From: Candidatus Poribacteria bacterium
GTDB taxonomy: Bacteria > Poribacteria > WGA-4E > WGA-3G
Assembly: GCA_965242965.1 (NCBI GenBank)
Contig: OZ251518.1
Span: forward strand, 4,160,001-4,224,000
Direction: 5' to 3'
DNA length: 64,000 nt
Below, piece by piece: positions 41,400 through 51,170 of this stretch. The notes under the pieces were generated by a model. It was not told the origin of the DNA. It saw only the letters and a program-made list of their open reading frames with translations, and ran no database searches. The stretch's first letter is position 1. Every line of letters begins with the position of its first letter. The translations under genes were made by a program, and so were the position numbers.

Positions 41400-41933
41400 A
41401 TGTCCCAGAATGCGGCGGCAGAAAATGTGTTGTCGCGCTGGGATAAAGCAATTTTTGACAGCATCTACGACGCGCCGCCGCGTCGCGAACCGATGTGGAC
41501 ATTAATGGAAGGCATAACTGAATTCGGACACTATCGCGCGGTGATGGGAGTCTCCATGCTGCTCATGGCTTACGGCAATGACTCGCATCGGGAGACAGGG
41601 CGGTTGCTGACCTCGGCGTTCTTGGTAACAGGCACGATGACTTACGGCATGAAACGCCTGGTCGGACGAAAGCGGCCGCTCGATGAGACATTGGGGAATC
41701 CCGCTTTTCCATCGGGACATACGTCACTGGCGTTCACTTCCGCCACCGTTTTAGGGTATCGGTATCCGCGTTGGCGCGTGCCGCTTTACGTCGGCGCGGG
41801 CCTCGTCGGATTTTCGCGCATCTATCTTGGGCGGCACTACGCATCAGATGTGATAGTCGGCGCGGCGTTAGGCACCGCGGTGGGAGTGCTTGTGCAACAC
41901 AACGCACCGATGCTGTTAAGGTGGGAATTTTAA
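41400..41933 (+). CDS. PAP2-family phosphatase
   Basis: KRLVGRKRP, FPSGH, SRIYLGRHYASDV. The start may lie further upstream. Confidence 0.9.
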   Translation: MSQNAAAENVLSRWDKAIFDSIYDAPPRREPMWTLMEGITEFGHYRAVMGVSMLLMAYGNDSHRETGRLLTSAFLVTGTMTYGMKRLVGRKRPLDETLGNPAFPSGHTSLAFTSATVLGYRYPRWRVPLYVGAGLVGFSRIYLGRHYASDVIVGAALGTAVGVLVQHNAPMLLRWEF

Positions 41934-41934
41934 C

Positions 41935-42178
41935 GAGGGTATTTCATAACTCGCTCAACGTCGCGGGGGACAGGTCCCCGCGATACGATAAAAAACGCCC
42001 CCTTCACCGTAGGGCGAGGGCCTGTCCCTCGCCATGCGTTTTGGTGTCAGACCTCCTCACCCCTGTAGGTCAGGATCACCTGATCCTGACCTGTTTGTGA
42101 TCAGGCGATCACAAACTACAGAGGGGAAACACACATCGTGGCGATGGAGATCGCGGGGGACAGGCCCCCGCGCTACGG
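41935..42178. repeat. REP mosaic beginning with a MITE left TIR
   Basis: GAGGGTATTTCATAA followed by REP modules. Confidence 0.8.
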
Positions 42179-42237
42179 AAAAAAAACGGTTCTTGAGCCA
42201 TCGCGGGGGAGGCAGGCAGAATAAAAGGAGATTTGAA

Positions 42238-44019
42238 ATGGTAACCGCAATACGTCCTAAAGACGATTTTGTCAAAGAACGTGAGAATTCAGGACGCACC
42301 CGACAACTCTATTTTGGCGACAATCTCGGTATCTTACGCCAGATGCCATCGAATTATGTCGCCCTAGGTTGCACCGATCCGCCGTTCAACAGCGGACGCA
42401 ACTATAACATCGTTCTCGGCGCAATGGCGCAAGAAACGGCTTTCAAGGATACTTGGAAGTATGATGACGCGGCAATGGATACCCGCGCGGAAATCGCAGC
42501 GTATGCTAGAGATGATACGCTCGACGCAGACTATCAGAATGCTTATGTCAACGCCGATAACTACCTGAAAGGTTTTGACATGGTTTACGGCGAACCTACG
42601 CGTGGCTCAGACGCTAAACTACGCGCGTATCTTACCTTCATGGCACCCCGTATCGTTGAGATTCGACGGGTGCTGAAGGACGACGGTAGTTTCTACCTAC
42701 ATTGCGATGACGCTGCTAGTCCTTATCTCAGAGGACTCTGTGATGCGGTTTTCGGGCGTAAGCAGTTTCGCAATGAGATTGTTTGGAAGCGTCATAATGC
42801 ACATAGTGATGGCAAACAATATGGACGTATTCATGACATTATTTTGCTTTATACGAAGAGCAGTAAATGGATATGGAATCCTGTCTATACCCCTTATGAA
42901 GATGGGTATCTCGAAAGAGTTTATCGGCGTGAAGACGAAAGAGGTCGTTATACTCTTGGAGATTTAACAGCGTCAGGTATCACTCAAAGTGGTGAGTCTG
43001 GAAAAGCATGGCGCGGCGTGAATCCGAGCGATGTCGGCAATCACTGGCGAGCCTACCGCCGAAAAGCATGGCCCGAAGATGTGATGCCGCCCGATAATTA
43101 CGAATCAATGTCCGTTCACGAAAAACTGGACGCGTTAGATGCCGCTGGATTAGTTCATTGGAGCCGTAACGGGAAACCGAGTTTTAAGAGGTATCTGTCA
43201 ACAGCAAAAGGCGTTGCTGTCCAAGATATAATTTCGGATATCAAAGCATTGAAGAGGCCTAAATATCCCACCGAGAAGCCTCGTGAGTTATACGAGCGGT
43301 TTATCAAGACTTCATCAAACGAAGGCGACATCGTCCTAGATCCGTTTGGCGGTGGCGGGACAACGATTGACGCTGCGGAGACATTAAAGCGCGGTTGGAT
43401 TGGCATCGATTTGACGGTGCTGTCATTAGAGCCTATCCAAAAGCGTATGTCCGAGCGTCATCATCTTAACGCATTCACTGATTATCCCGTCAAGGGTTAT
43501 CCCGTGAATATGGAGGAAGTCCGAGCGATGCTGGCGCGGGGAGAGAACTCGCAGCGATATAAGGACTTTGAGCAGTGGGCGGTGACGCGTCTCGGCTTGA
43601 AACCTACGAGATATGTCGGCGATGGCGGCATTGATGGTATCGGCACGCGTCTGGCATGGAATGCTGATAAACTGAAGGAAACGGAACTGAAATCCGTTGC
43701 CGAAGTCAAATCGGGACAGATTAGCGTTAGTGTCGTGCGTGCTTTCCGAACGTCACTGCGCGATGCTGAAGCCACGATTGGTATCCTGATTGGTATCACT
43801 CCTATTTCTGCGGGTGTCAAGCAAGAGCTGCAGAAAGAAGGCACTTATACGCATAACGGGCAAGAGTATCCCCGCCTGCAATACTGGCAGATTACGGACA
43901 GATACTTCGAGAATCCCGCATCCATCGCTTTGGATTTGAAACTGGCATGGAAACCTGAGCCCATCAATCAATTTAAAGCGCATTTTGCGGATACACAGCA
44001 GGATTTTCTTGACAAATAA
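42238..44019 (+). CDS. Beta-class N6A/N4C DNA methyltransferase fused to an Mrr-like PD-(D/E)xK endonuclease
   Basis: LYFGDNL, TDPPFNS, YPTEKP, VLDPFGGGGT; C-terminal DGGIDG...AEVK. Start ATG 42238 after AAAGGAG. Confidence 0.9.
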   Translation: MVTAIRPKDDFVKERENSGRTRQLYFGDNLGILRQMPSNYVALGCTDPPFNSGRNYNIVLGAMAQETAFKDTWKYDDAAMDTRAEIAAYARDDTLDADYQNAYVNADNYLKGFDMVYGEPTRGSDAKLRAYLTFMAPRIVEIRRVLKDDGSFYLHCDDAASPYLRGLCDAVFGRKQFRNEIVWKRHNAHSDGKQYGRIHDIILLYTKSSKWIWNPVYTPYEDGYLERVYRREDERGRYTLGDLTASGITQSGESGKAWRGVNPSDVGNHWRAYRRKAWPEDVMPPDNYESMSVHEKLDALDAAGLVHWSRNGKPSFKRYLSTAKGVAVQDIISDIKALKRPKYPTEKPRELYERFIKTSSNEGDIVLDPFGGGGTTIDAAETLKRGWIGIDLTVLSLEPIQKRMSERHHLNAFTDYPVKGYPVNMEEVRAMLARGENSQRYKDFEQWAVTRLGLKPTRYVGDGGIDGIGTRLAWNADKLKETELKSVAEVKSGQISVSVVRAFRTSLRDAEATIGILIGITPISAGVKQELQKEGTYTHNGQEYPRLQYWQITDRYFENPASIALDLKLAWKPEPINQFKAHFADTQQDFLDK

Positions 44020-44022
44020 ACC

Positions 44023-44562
44023 GAGGGTGTTTCACATATTAATGCCTTCCCGGTGGGAGAGACCTCCTGGTCTCGATGTCTCTCCTACCGACAGGCATCG
44101 GGCCCAACTCTGTAGTTCGGGAGCGCCTGCTCCCGAACGGGTCAGGAGCAGGTGCTCCTGAACTACAGGAGTGATGCAGTCTGCGGGCCAAACGCATGGC
44201 GAGGGAAACCCGCTCGCATGCGCGTGTGGCATGCGAGGGCCCAAGCCCTACGATGAAGGGCAGGCGTTTTTCATCGTAGCGCGGGGCCCTGTCCCCCGCG
44301 AGCTCCATCGTCAAGAGTCGCGTTTTAGGTCCGTTAGGACCTACATGTCTATAGAAAAACGTGTCGTCCCGTTTTCAAGGGCCTTTAGGTCCTTAATAAA
44401 AACACGCGCGGCCCTGGCAAAACACATTAAGGACCTAAAGGACCTTAGGATTCTTAGCGGGCACGCGTGCTATAGACATTAAGGTCCTACGGACCTAAGA
44501 GAACCAGAGACGTTTTTTTCGTAGCGGGAACGATGGCGAGGGACAGGCCCTCGCCCTACGAT
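44023..44562. repeat. REP mosaic beginning with a MITE left TIR
   Basis: GAGGGTGTTTCACA, REP modules, long palindrome ~44325-44497. Confidence 0.8.
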
Positions 44563-44607
44563 GAAGGGGCGGCGTTTTTTCATTCCACGGGCAGCGTGCT
44601 GTTTCCA

Positions 44608-44967
44608 TTACGCCACGTTCTCCATGCGCGCGGCATCGGTTTCAGGCGTAGGCATCGCCTCGGTTAAGGGTTCAATCGTCAGCCGACAGCCGAGTGCCTT
44701 GAGGAGCACGGCGAACCTGTCTAGCGGCGGTGCCGCGTCGCCGGCAAGCAGCTGTGCAAGCGTCTCCGGTTCCAACTGCGTCTGCTTTGCGAGTTCAGCA
44801 ATCCCACCTTGTGATTGGACAACGGTGTCAACTGCGTTTAGCACAGCGGCAACATTCCCAAAGCGTTCATATTCTTCCATTACTGCGTGGAGAAAGCCGC
44901 TTGCTTCCTCCTTGTCATTAGCAAACCTCTCAATGAGGTATGCGTCCCAGTCTCCCATTTTCCTCAT
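44608..44967 (-). CDS. Addiction module antidote (HTH antitoxin)
   Basis: GGIAELAKQTQL..ETL...L.GDAAP....LLKALG; overlaps the toxin stop codon. Confidence 0.85.
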   Translation of the reverse strand: MRKMGDWDAYLIERFANDKEEASGFLHAVMEEYERFGNVAAVLNAVDTVVQSQGGIAELAKQTQLEPETLAQLLAGDAAPPLDRFAVLLKALGCRLTIEPLTEAMPTPETDAARMENVA

Positions 44968-45302
44968 CGTTGTGACTCCTTATAGTCCCGCCAATAAGTT
45001 TTGGCACGTTGAATGTCCCGATGCTGCGAGGACTTGTCACCGCCGGAGAGCAAAAGGACAATGGTGTTTCCGACTTGCCCGAAATAGATACGATAGCCGG
45101 CCCCGAAGTCCAAGCGCAGTTCAGATACACCACTTCCCACCGATTCACAATCACCGAAATTGCCGGCTTTGACTGAGTTCAGTCGTGCCACAATTCGCTC
45201 TCGCGTTGTCTTGTCTCGGATTCCCTCAAACCATTCGTTGAAAGGAGCTCGGCCGGTTGCAGTCCGGTAGTATTGCAGTTCTCGTGGATGTGCTTCGCGC
45301 AT
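44964..45302 (-). CDS. RelE/ParE-superfamily addiction module killer toxin
   Basis: PFNEWF, GNFGDCESVGSGVSELRLDFGAGYRIYF, LLSGGDKSSQ. Confidence 0.93.
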   Translation of the reverse strand: MREAHPRELQYYRTATGRAPFNEWFEGIRDKTTRERIVARLNSVKAGNFGDCESVGSGVSELRLDFGAGYRIYFGQVGNTIVLLLSGGDKSSQHRDIQRAKTYWRDYKESQR

Positions 45303-45317
45303 GGTTACTCATTCGCC

Positions 45318-46301
45318 TTAAATTTCATAACGGACTAACTTGCGCGCCGCTTCTACAATTTGGGCTGTCCCCGGAATAACAAAGTTCTCCATGACAGGCG
45401 CGAACGGCACCGGCACCGGCGCAGCGGCTACACGCTCAATCGGGGCATCAAGATAGTCAAACGCTTCCCGGACGACAAGGGCGGCAATCTCCGCACCGAA
45501 CCCCGCTCTCCCAACCGCCTCGTGCGCGATGAGGAGCCGATTCGTCTTCTTGACTGAATTGAAAATCGTCTCTTTGTCAAGAGGCATCAACGTCCTCGGA
45601 TCGACGACTTCAGCAGAGATGCCTTCGTCGGCGAGCTCGTCTGCGGCAGTCAATGCCTGGAGCACCATCCGGGAAGTAGCAAGGATAGTAATATCATCCC
45701 CCGCGCGCTTCACCTCGGCGACACCCAACGGAATCGTATACTCCTCTTCCGGGATGTCTCCCTCTTCCGTATAGAGGAGTTTATGCTCAATAAACATAAT
45801 CGGATTGTCGTCACGGATTGCTGTTTTCAACAACCCTTTTGCATCGTAGGGGGTTGCTGGCATCACCACGAGGAGCCCGGGGATGTGCACAAACCATGCC
45901 TCCAAACTCTGTGCATGTTGCGCCGCCGAGGAGCGTCCGGCACCGCCTTGCGTCCGAATCACCAGCGGCACATCAAGCTGTCCACCTACCATATACCGAA
46001 TCTTCGCTACCTGATTAACAATCTGATCCATGCCGACGGCAGTGAAGTCAATATACATCAACTCGGCGACAGGACGCATGCCGGTAACGGCGGCACCGAG
46101 TGCAGTGCCGATAATAGCGGCTTCGGAGATAGGCGTGTTGCGCACGCGCTCCTTGCCAAATTGCTGGAAGAGGCCATCTGTCACCTTATAGGCACCCCCG
46201 TATTCGGCGATGTCCTCTCCCATCAGAAAAACTGCTGCGTCGCGATGCATCTCCTCAACGAGTGCCTCTTTGAGGGCATCGCGATAGGTAATTGTCTTCA
46301 T
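45318..46301 (-). CDS. 2-oxoacid/acetoin dehydrogenase E1 beta subunit
   Basis: MGEDI, RVRNTPISE, RPVAELM, AAQHAQSLE, DAKGLLK, FDYLDAPI. Confidence 0.95.
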   Translation of the reverse strand: MKTITYRDALKEALVEEMHRDAAVFLMGEDIAEYGGAYKVTDGLFQQFGKERVRNTPISEAAIIGTALGAAVTGMRPVAELMYIDFTAVGMDQIVNQVAKIRYMVGGQLDVPLVIRTQGGAGRSSAAQHAQSLEAWFVHIPGLLVVMPATPYDAKGLLKTAIRDDNPIMFIEHKLLYTEEGDIPEEEYTIPLGVAEVKRAGDDITILATSRMVLQALTAADELADEGISAEVVDPRTLMPLDKETIFNSVKKTNRLLIAHEAVGRAGFGAEIAALVVREAFDYLDAPIERVAAAPVPVPFAPVMENFVIPGTAQIVEAARKLVRYEI

Positions 46302-46391
46302 TTTTTAGTCTCTGCTTCCTTGTGGGCCGCGTCAGTTCAACGTGGCGGCCCCTAGCGATATTTCCATCCCAGTCTTTTCCAATTTTCCTAT

Positions 46392-46841
46392 GAGGGTGTT
46401 TCATAAATCGCTCAATGTCGCGGTGACAGGTCCCGCGCTACGGTAAAAAAAACGCCTTCCCCTCACGTAGTGCGAGGGACAGGCCCTCGCCATGCTGCGA
46501 TCGCGGGTTGGCAGAAGCAGCCGAAGTCCAGGTCTCCATCTATAGCCTGTCCCTCGCCATGCTGCGATCGCGGGGGACAGGCCCCCGCGCTACGGTAAAA
46601 AACGCCGTCCCTTCATCGTAGGGCGAGGGCCCTCGCAGGGTTCCACACGCGCATCCGAGCGGGTTTCCCTCGCCATGCGCTTTGCTGGCAGACCGCATCA
46701 CCTCTGTAGGTCAAGATCGCCTGATCTTGACCCGTTCGGGAGCGGGCGCTCCCGAACTACAGAGGTGGGCCCGATGCCTGCCGGGATTCGCTCGCCCTCC
46801 AAGGCGTGATAAATACCGAAACGGAGTTATGAAACACCCCC
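46392..46841. mobile_element. MITE-like element
   Basis: TIR GAGGGTGTTTCATAA / TTATGAAACACCCCC; flanks AATTTTCCTAT / AATTTTCCGAT. Confidence 0.85.
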
Positions 46842-46956
46842 AATTTTCCGATAGGTTGCCAGATTGAAGTCCCGCACCGAGTGCTTTTCAGGCGTTTCTT
46901 TCATATCGTTAGAGTGTATCACAAAAGGTCTTTTCTTTCAAAAAATGCGCAACTGA

Positions 46957-48306
46957 TTACGAAATCAACCCCTCCATTTGCATCCACTCGATCGTCTGCG
47001 CGAAGGCTTGCACCGTTTTTGCGATGTCCTCTTCAGTATGCGCGGCGGTAGTCATCCCACCGTTACTGGCGAGATCGATGCCGTTGAGCAACATCCCGCA
47101 TCGGAGCGGTGTGAGCAATCGCTCATCGTTGCCGCCTTTCAGTTTCCGGTAATCCCACTCGTAGGCGTTAAATTCCACCGCACGGATATCCTTCTCACCG
47201 TGCCCGATGAGCAGCTTGATGCCAGAGAATTCGCCGTAAACCGCCCAATCTAAGTCGTGCGCGTCAATAAGTTGGTTCAATTCCTTACGAAGCTGTTTGG
47301 CAATGCGGTTCGCCTGCTGATGCGGCTTTCCTGTCTTGACGATGTTGAGCATCGCGATGCCCGCGGATGCAGAGAGCGGATTCGCGTTAAAGGTGCCAGG
47401 GTGCGGCATCTTCAAGCCGCGTTTCTCCGACTGCCTTGAGATGAGTTCCAGAATCTCCGCTTTTCCGACAAGCGCGCCGCCGGGCAGTCCTCCCGCTAAA
47501 ATTTTCGCGAGCGTTGTCATATCCGGTGTGACATCGTAATAGGTTTGCGCTCCGCCCGGTGCAACGCGAAACCCCGTGATAACCTCATCAAAAATGAGTA
47601 GGACACCGTGCGCTTGCGTGAGCTCCCGCAGTTGCCTCAAAAATACCCCATCGGTTGGCACGATACCGAAAGACGCACCGGTAGGTTCAAGGATAACGCA
47701 GGCGATGTCAGCATCCGATTTCAATAGGTTTTCCACTGCACCGATGTCGTTCGGTGGACAGAGGAGGGTGGTATCCCGCACCTCTTGCGGAATGCCCGGC
47801 ACCGGCACATCAAACGGCGGGTATGCGCCCAAGATGAGGCTGTCGTGCCAGCCGTGAAAATGCCCGGTGAACTTTAACACCTTGTTCTTGCCTGTGTAGG
47901 TGCGCGCGAGACGCATCGCCATCAGCGTCGCCTCAGTCCCAGAACTGACAAACCGAATCCGTTCCGCCGATGGGACAAGTTCGTTTACGAGGCGTGCCCA
48001 TTCCAATTCAAGTGGGTGGCACGCGCCGTAGTGAGTGCCGCGATGCATCTGCGCCGTTACGGCTTCGACAACCGCAGGCGGATTGTGTCCGAGGAGCAAC
48101 GCGCCGTGGCCCGCCCAGTAATCGATAAATTCTTGTCCCTCAATCCCCCACTTCTTCGCGCCATCCGCGTGCGAAATGTAGACAGGGAAGGGTGCCATAT
48201 ACCGGCCGTCGTGCGTTACGCCATCGGGAAATAGTTGCGTCGCCGCGCGCGCGAGTGCTCTATCTTTTGCGAAGGTTTTTTGATACCGCTCCAAAATCGT
48301 TTTCAT
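46957..48306 (-). CDS. Class III PLP aminotransferase (GSA-aminomutase-like)
   Basis: SSGTEAT, FHGWHD, IFDEVITGFR, LAKILAGGLP, GTFNANP. Start ATG 48306. Confidence 0.92.
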   Translation of the reverse strand: MKTILERYQKTFAKDRALARAATQLFPDGVTHDGRYMAPFPVYISHADGAKKWGIEGQEFIDYWAGHGALLLGHNPPAVVEAVTAQMHRGTHYGACHPLELEWARLVNELVPSAERIRFVSSGTEATLMAMRLARTYTGKNKVLKFTGHFHGWHDSLILGAYPPFDVPVPGIPQEVRDTTLLCPPNDIGAVENLLKSDADIACVILEPTGASFGIVPTDGVFLRQLRELTQAHGVLLIFDEVITGFRVAPGGAQTYYDVTPDMTTLAKILAGGLPGGALVGKAEILELISRQSEKRGLKMPHPGTFNANPLSASAGIAMLNIVKTGKPHQQANRIAKQLRKELNQLIDAHDLDWAVYGEFSGIKLLIGHGEKDIRAVEFNAYEWDYRKLKGGNDERLLTPLRCGMLLNGIDLASNGGMTTAAHTEEDIAKTVQAFAQTIEWMQMEGLIS

Positions 48307-48420
48307 GGTTTTTCCCCGAAGTAGCGAACAGTTTGAATTAGGATATTCCCACAAAAAGACAGAAATGTCAATTGTCAATCAAAACGTGAGAGGACGCGAC
48401 GGATGCCGCGTCCCTCAAAA

Positions 48421-49212
48421 CTAACGCGCTGTTTTCAGCCGTCCCCAGGTTGTCGTTAGTTTACCGCGCGCCTCCACGGCGAGGAAGCCATCAACGCCAT
48501 CGTTCATGATAGTGTTTACCTCTTCCTCCGTTAACCCGCGCTTCCAAATGTTCAAATCATCCATGAGGCCGGTGAACGGCCGGTTATTGTCAATGTTATA
48601 GCCGACGCGTGCCCCTGCATCCCAGTCGGGCGCGATGGGTGTGCCAACCCGTGCCTTCTCTTCACCAACGTTCTTCCCATTGATGTAAAGCACAGCCATG
48701 CCTTCGGCACGGCTGAACGTGCCGGCGTAATGCACCCATTCGTTCGCCTCATTCTTGCCAGCGCGGATGTCAAAGATAGTCGTGCCACCGGGACTCCGAT
48801 TGAGCCAGCGATAATTGCCATCGCCGCGCGCCTCCGGATGCACCAGCCACGTGTTGTCCCCGGCGCGAGCGTTGAAGAGTGCCATGTCGGAGACTGCCTC
48901 AACGTTAATCCACGCGACGACGCTCATTCCTTCCGTCGGAATATCGTCCGGATTAATGTTCGGGCCGTCCAAATCTAGGAAGCTGCCAGCGACGAAATGC
49001 GCGGCTTTCCCGAACTTCCCATCGTCCGACTGCGTAACCTTCCCGTTAATCACGCCATCATACCCGCGCCCAGATTTTTCAACGACAGCATCGCCGCTGA
49101 AGTCCTCGTAGTCAAAGTATAAAACCAGGTCTGGTTCCCGCACATCGGCGGATACACCGCTGCCTTGGTATGCCAAAAGTAGGCACGTCAAAAACATCAT
49201 GTAGGTTTTCAT
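48421..49212 (-). CDS. Secreted LamG-like jellyroll protein
   Basis: Signal peptide; LVLYFDYE, GKFGKA, WVHYAGTF, GLMDDLNIW; C-terminus VEARGKLTTTWGRLK. Confidence 0.9.
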   Translation of the reverse strand: MKTYMMFLTCLLLAYQGSGVSADVREPDLVLYFDYEDFSGDAVVEKSGRGYDGVINGKVTQSDDGKFGKAAHFVAGSFLDLDGPNINPDDIPTEGMSVVAWINVEAVSDMALFNARAGDNTWLVHPEARGDGNYRWLNRSPGGTTIFDIRAGKNEANEWVHYAGTFSRAEGMAVLYINGKNVGEEKARVGTPIAPDWDAGARVGYNIDNNRPFTGLMDDLNIWKRGLTEEEVNTIMNDGVDGFLAVEARGKLTTTWGRLKTAR

Positions 49213-49343
49213 TTTCCGAATCTCCTTTTTTCGCAATATTACTCTGATAAGAGCCATTTACAACATTTTAACATTTTTCTCTCCGCTGATGCAAGAAATA
49301 AATTCCTTGATTTTAACCCCCGTTTTTTGGTAAATTAAAATAT

Positions 49344-51170
49344 ATGAACATTTCACCCATAGATTGGGCAATTCTCATCGGTTATATCGCGTTCGCGCTA
49401 GGGCTCGGCATCTACTTCTCCAAGCGTGCCGGACAGAATATGGACGAATTCTTCATTTCCGGACGTAATCTGCCGTGGTGGCTCGCCGGCACCTCTATGG
49501 TAGCAACAACGTTCGCGGCAGATACGCCGCTCGCTGTCACCGGGCTCGTTGTCAACGAAGGCATCGCCGGCAACTGGCTGTGGTGGAACGCTGTGTTAGG
49601 CGGCATGCTAGCGACGTTCCTCTTCTCCCGGCTCTGGCGGCGCGCCGAAATTATCACGGATGTTGAACTGACAGAGCTCCGCTATTCAGGGCCCTCCGCA
49701 AGTTTTTTGCGCGGTTTCCGTGCGCTCTACATCGGCTTACCGATTAACTGCATTACGATGGGCTGGGTAATCCTCGCGATGCAGAAGATTGTCGTTCTCA
49801 CCTTCGGGCTGCCGGAGACAGTGAGTTGGGAAATCACGGTGCTGCAGGAGCCCTTCGGCTTAACTATCAGCACAAAGGTGCTGGTTGTCATGGGGTGCCT
49901 GCTCATCGCCGGCATTTACTGCGCGCTCTCCGGGTTCTGGGGGGTTGTCATGACAGACCTGGTTCAATTCGGCATGGCGATGGTGGGTTCCCTCGCATTG
50001 GCAGGCATCGCTATCAATAAAGTTGGCGGCATCGACACTCTCAAGGAGAAACTGCGCGAGATTTACGGCGCAGAGCATACCGTGTTAAATTTTACTCCCG
50101 ACTTCGGCGCGGGCGAAATGGCAATCGTCACCTTCGGTGTCTACCTCGGTGTGCAGTGGTGGGCATCTAATGGGGTTGATGGCAGCGGCTACATCGCACA
50201 GCGGATGTTCGCAACGAAGGATGAACGGCACACGCTTCTCGCGACGTTGTGGTTCAACATTGCGCACTACACACTCCGTCCGTGGCCGTGGATTCTCGTC
50301 GCGCTCGTGGCGATGGTAGTCTACCCCGGCATCGGGGACTTGCAGCACGCCGACCCGGGCTTACGCGACGCAGAGGCAGGTTACCCGATGCTGATGCTCA
50401 GTTATTTGCCGACAGGATTGCTCGGGCTAATGTTAACGGCGTTTTTGGCGGCGTTCATGTCAACCATTGACACGCATCTCAACTGGGGCGCGTCCTATCT
50501 CGTCAACGATTTCTACAAACGCTTTTTCAAGCCGCAAGCCGCCGCGAGTCACTATGTCGCCGCCTCGCGCGTCGCCGTAGTCTGTATCATGATAATTGCC
50601 GGTGGCGCGAGTCTCCTAATGGATTCTATCGCAGGCGCGTGGAAATTCCTCATCGCGCTCAATTCCGGGATTGGGCTCGTGCAGATTCTGCGTTGGTATT
50701 GGTGGCGTATTAACGCCTGGTCAGAAATTTCAGCGATGATTGCGGCGTTAATCGCCTCCATTGTAGTCTTCACCGTGCCACAAACGAAAGACGCATTCGC
50801 GCTCCAGATGCTCATCATCGTGCCATTTTCCACGGTGGTATGGATAGTCGTCACGTTCTTAACTTCACCGGTATCACCCGCAACGCTGACAGCATTTTAC
50901 CATCGCGTGCGCCCCAGTGTGAGGGGATGGAGTCCTGTTATTGCGGCAATAGGAGAGGGCGTGGAAACCCCAGAGAAACGTGGCGCGCCTGCCTTGCTCG
51001 CTTGGGTTATCGGTGCCGCTTTCATCTATGCGATGCTGTTCGGCATCGGCAAACTCCTGCTAGGATTTACCGGCATTGGAATCGCTTTTATGGTTATCGC
51101 CGCTCTATCAGGAATTCTTCTTCTAAACTTTTTAGGTAGGAGTATTGATGACACCCGCAAATCGCAGTGA
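49344..51170 (+). CDS. Sodium:solute symporter family protein
   Basis: FFISGRNLPWW, SMVATTFAADTP, AAFMSTIDT, many TM segments. Confidence 0.93.
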   Translation: MNISPIDWAILIGYIAFALGLGIYFSKRAGQNMDEFFISGRNLPWWLAGTSMVATTFAADTPLAVTGLVVNEGIAGNWLWWNAVLGGMLATFLFSRLWRRAEIITDVELTELRYSGPSASFLRGFRALYIGLPINCITMGWVILAMQKIVVLTFGLPETVSWEITVLQEPFGLTISTKVLVVMGCLLIAGIYCALSGFWGVVMTDLVQFGMAMVGSLALAGIAINKVGGIDTLKEKLREIYGAEHTVLNFTPDFGAGEMAIVTFGVYLGVQWWASNGVDGSGYIAQRMFATKDERHTLLATLWFNIAHYTLRPWPWILVALVAMVVYPGIGDLQHADPGLRDAEAGYPMLMLSYLPTGLLGLMLTAFLAAFMSTIDTHLNWGASYLVNDFYKRFFKPQAAASHYVAASRVAVVCIMIIAGGASLLMDSIAGAWKFLIALNSGIGLVQILRWYWWRINAWSEISAMIAALIASIVVFTVPQTKDAFALQMLIIVPFSTVVWIVVTFLTSPVSPATLTAFYHRVRPSVRGWSPVIAAIGEGVETPEKRGAPALLAWVIGAAFIYAMLFGIGKLLLGFTGIGIAFMVIAALSGILLLNFLGRSIDDTRKSQ

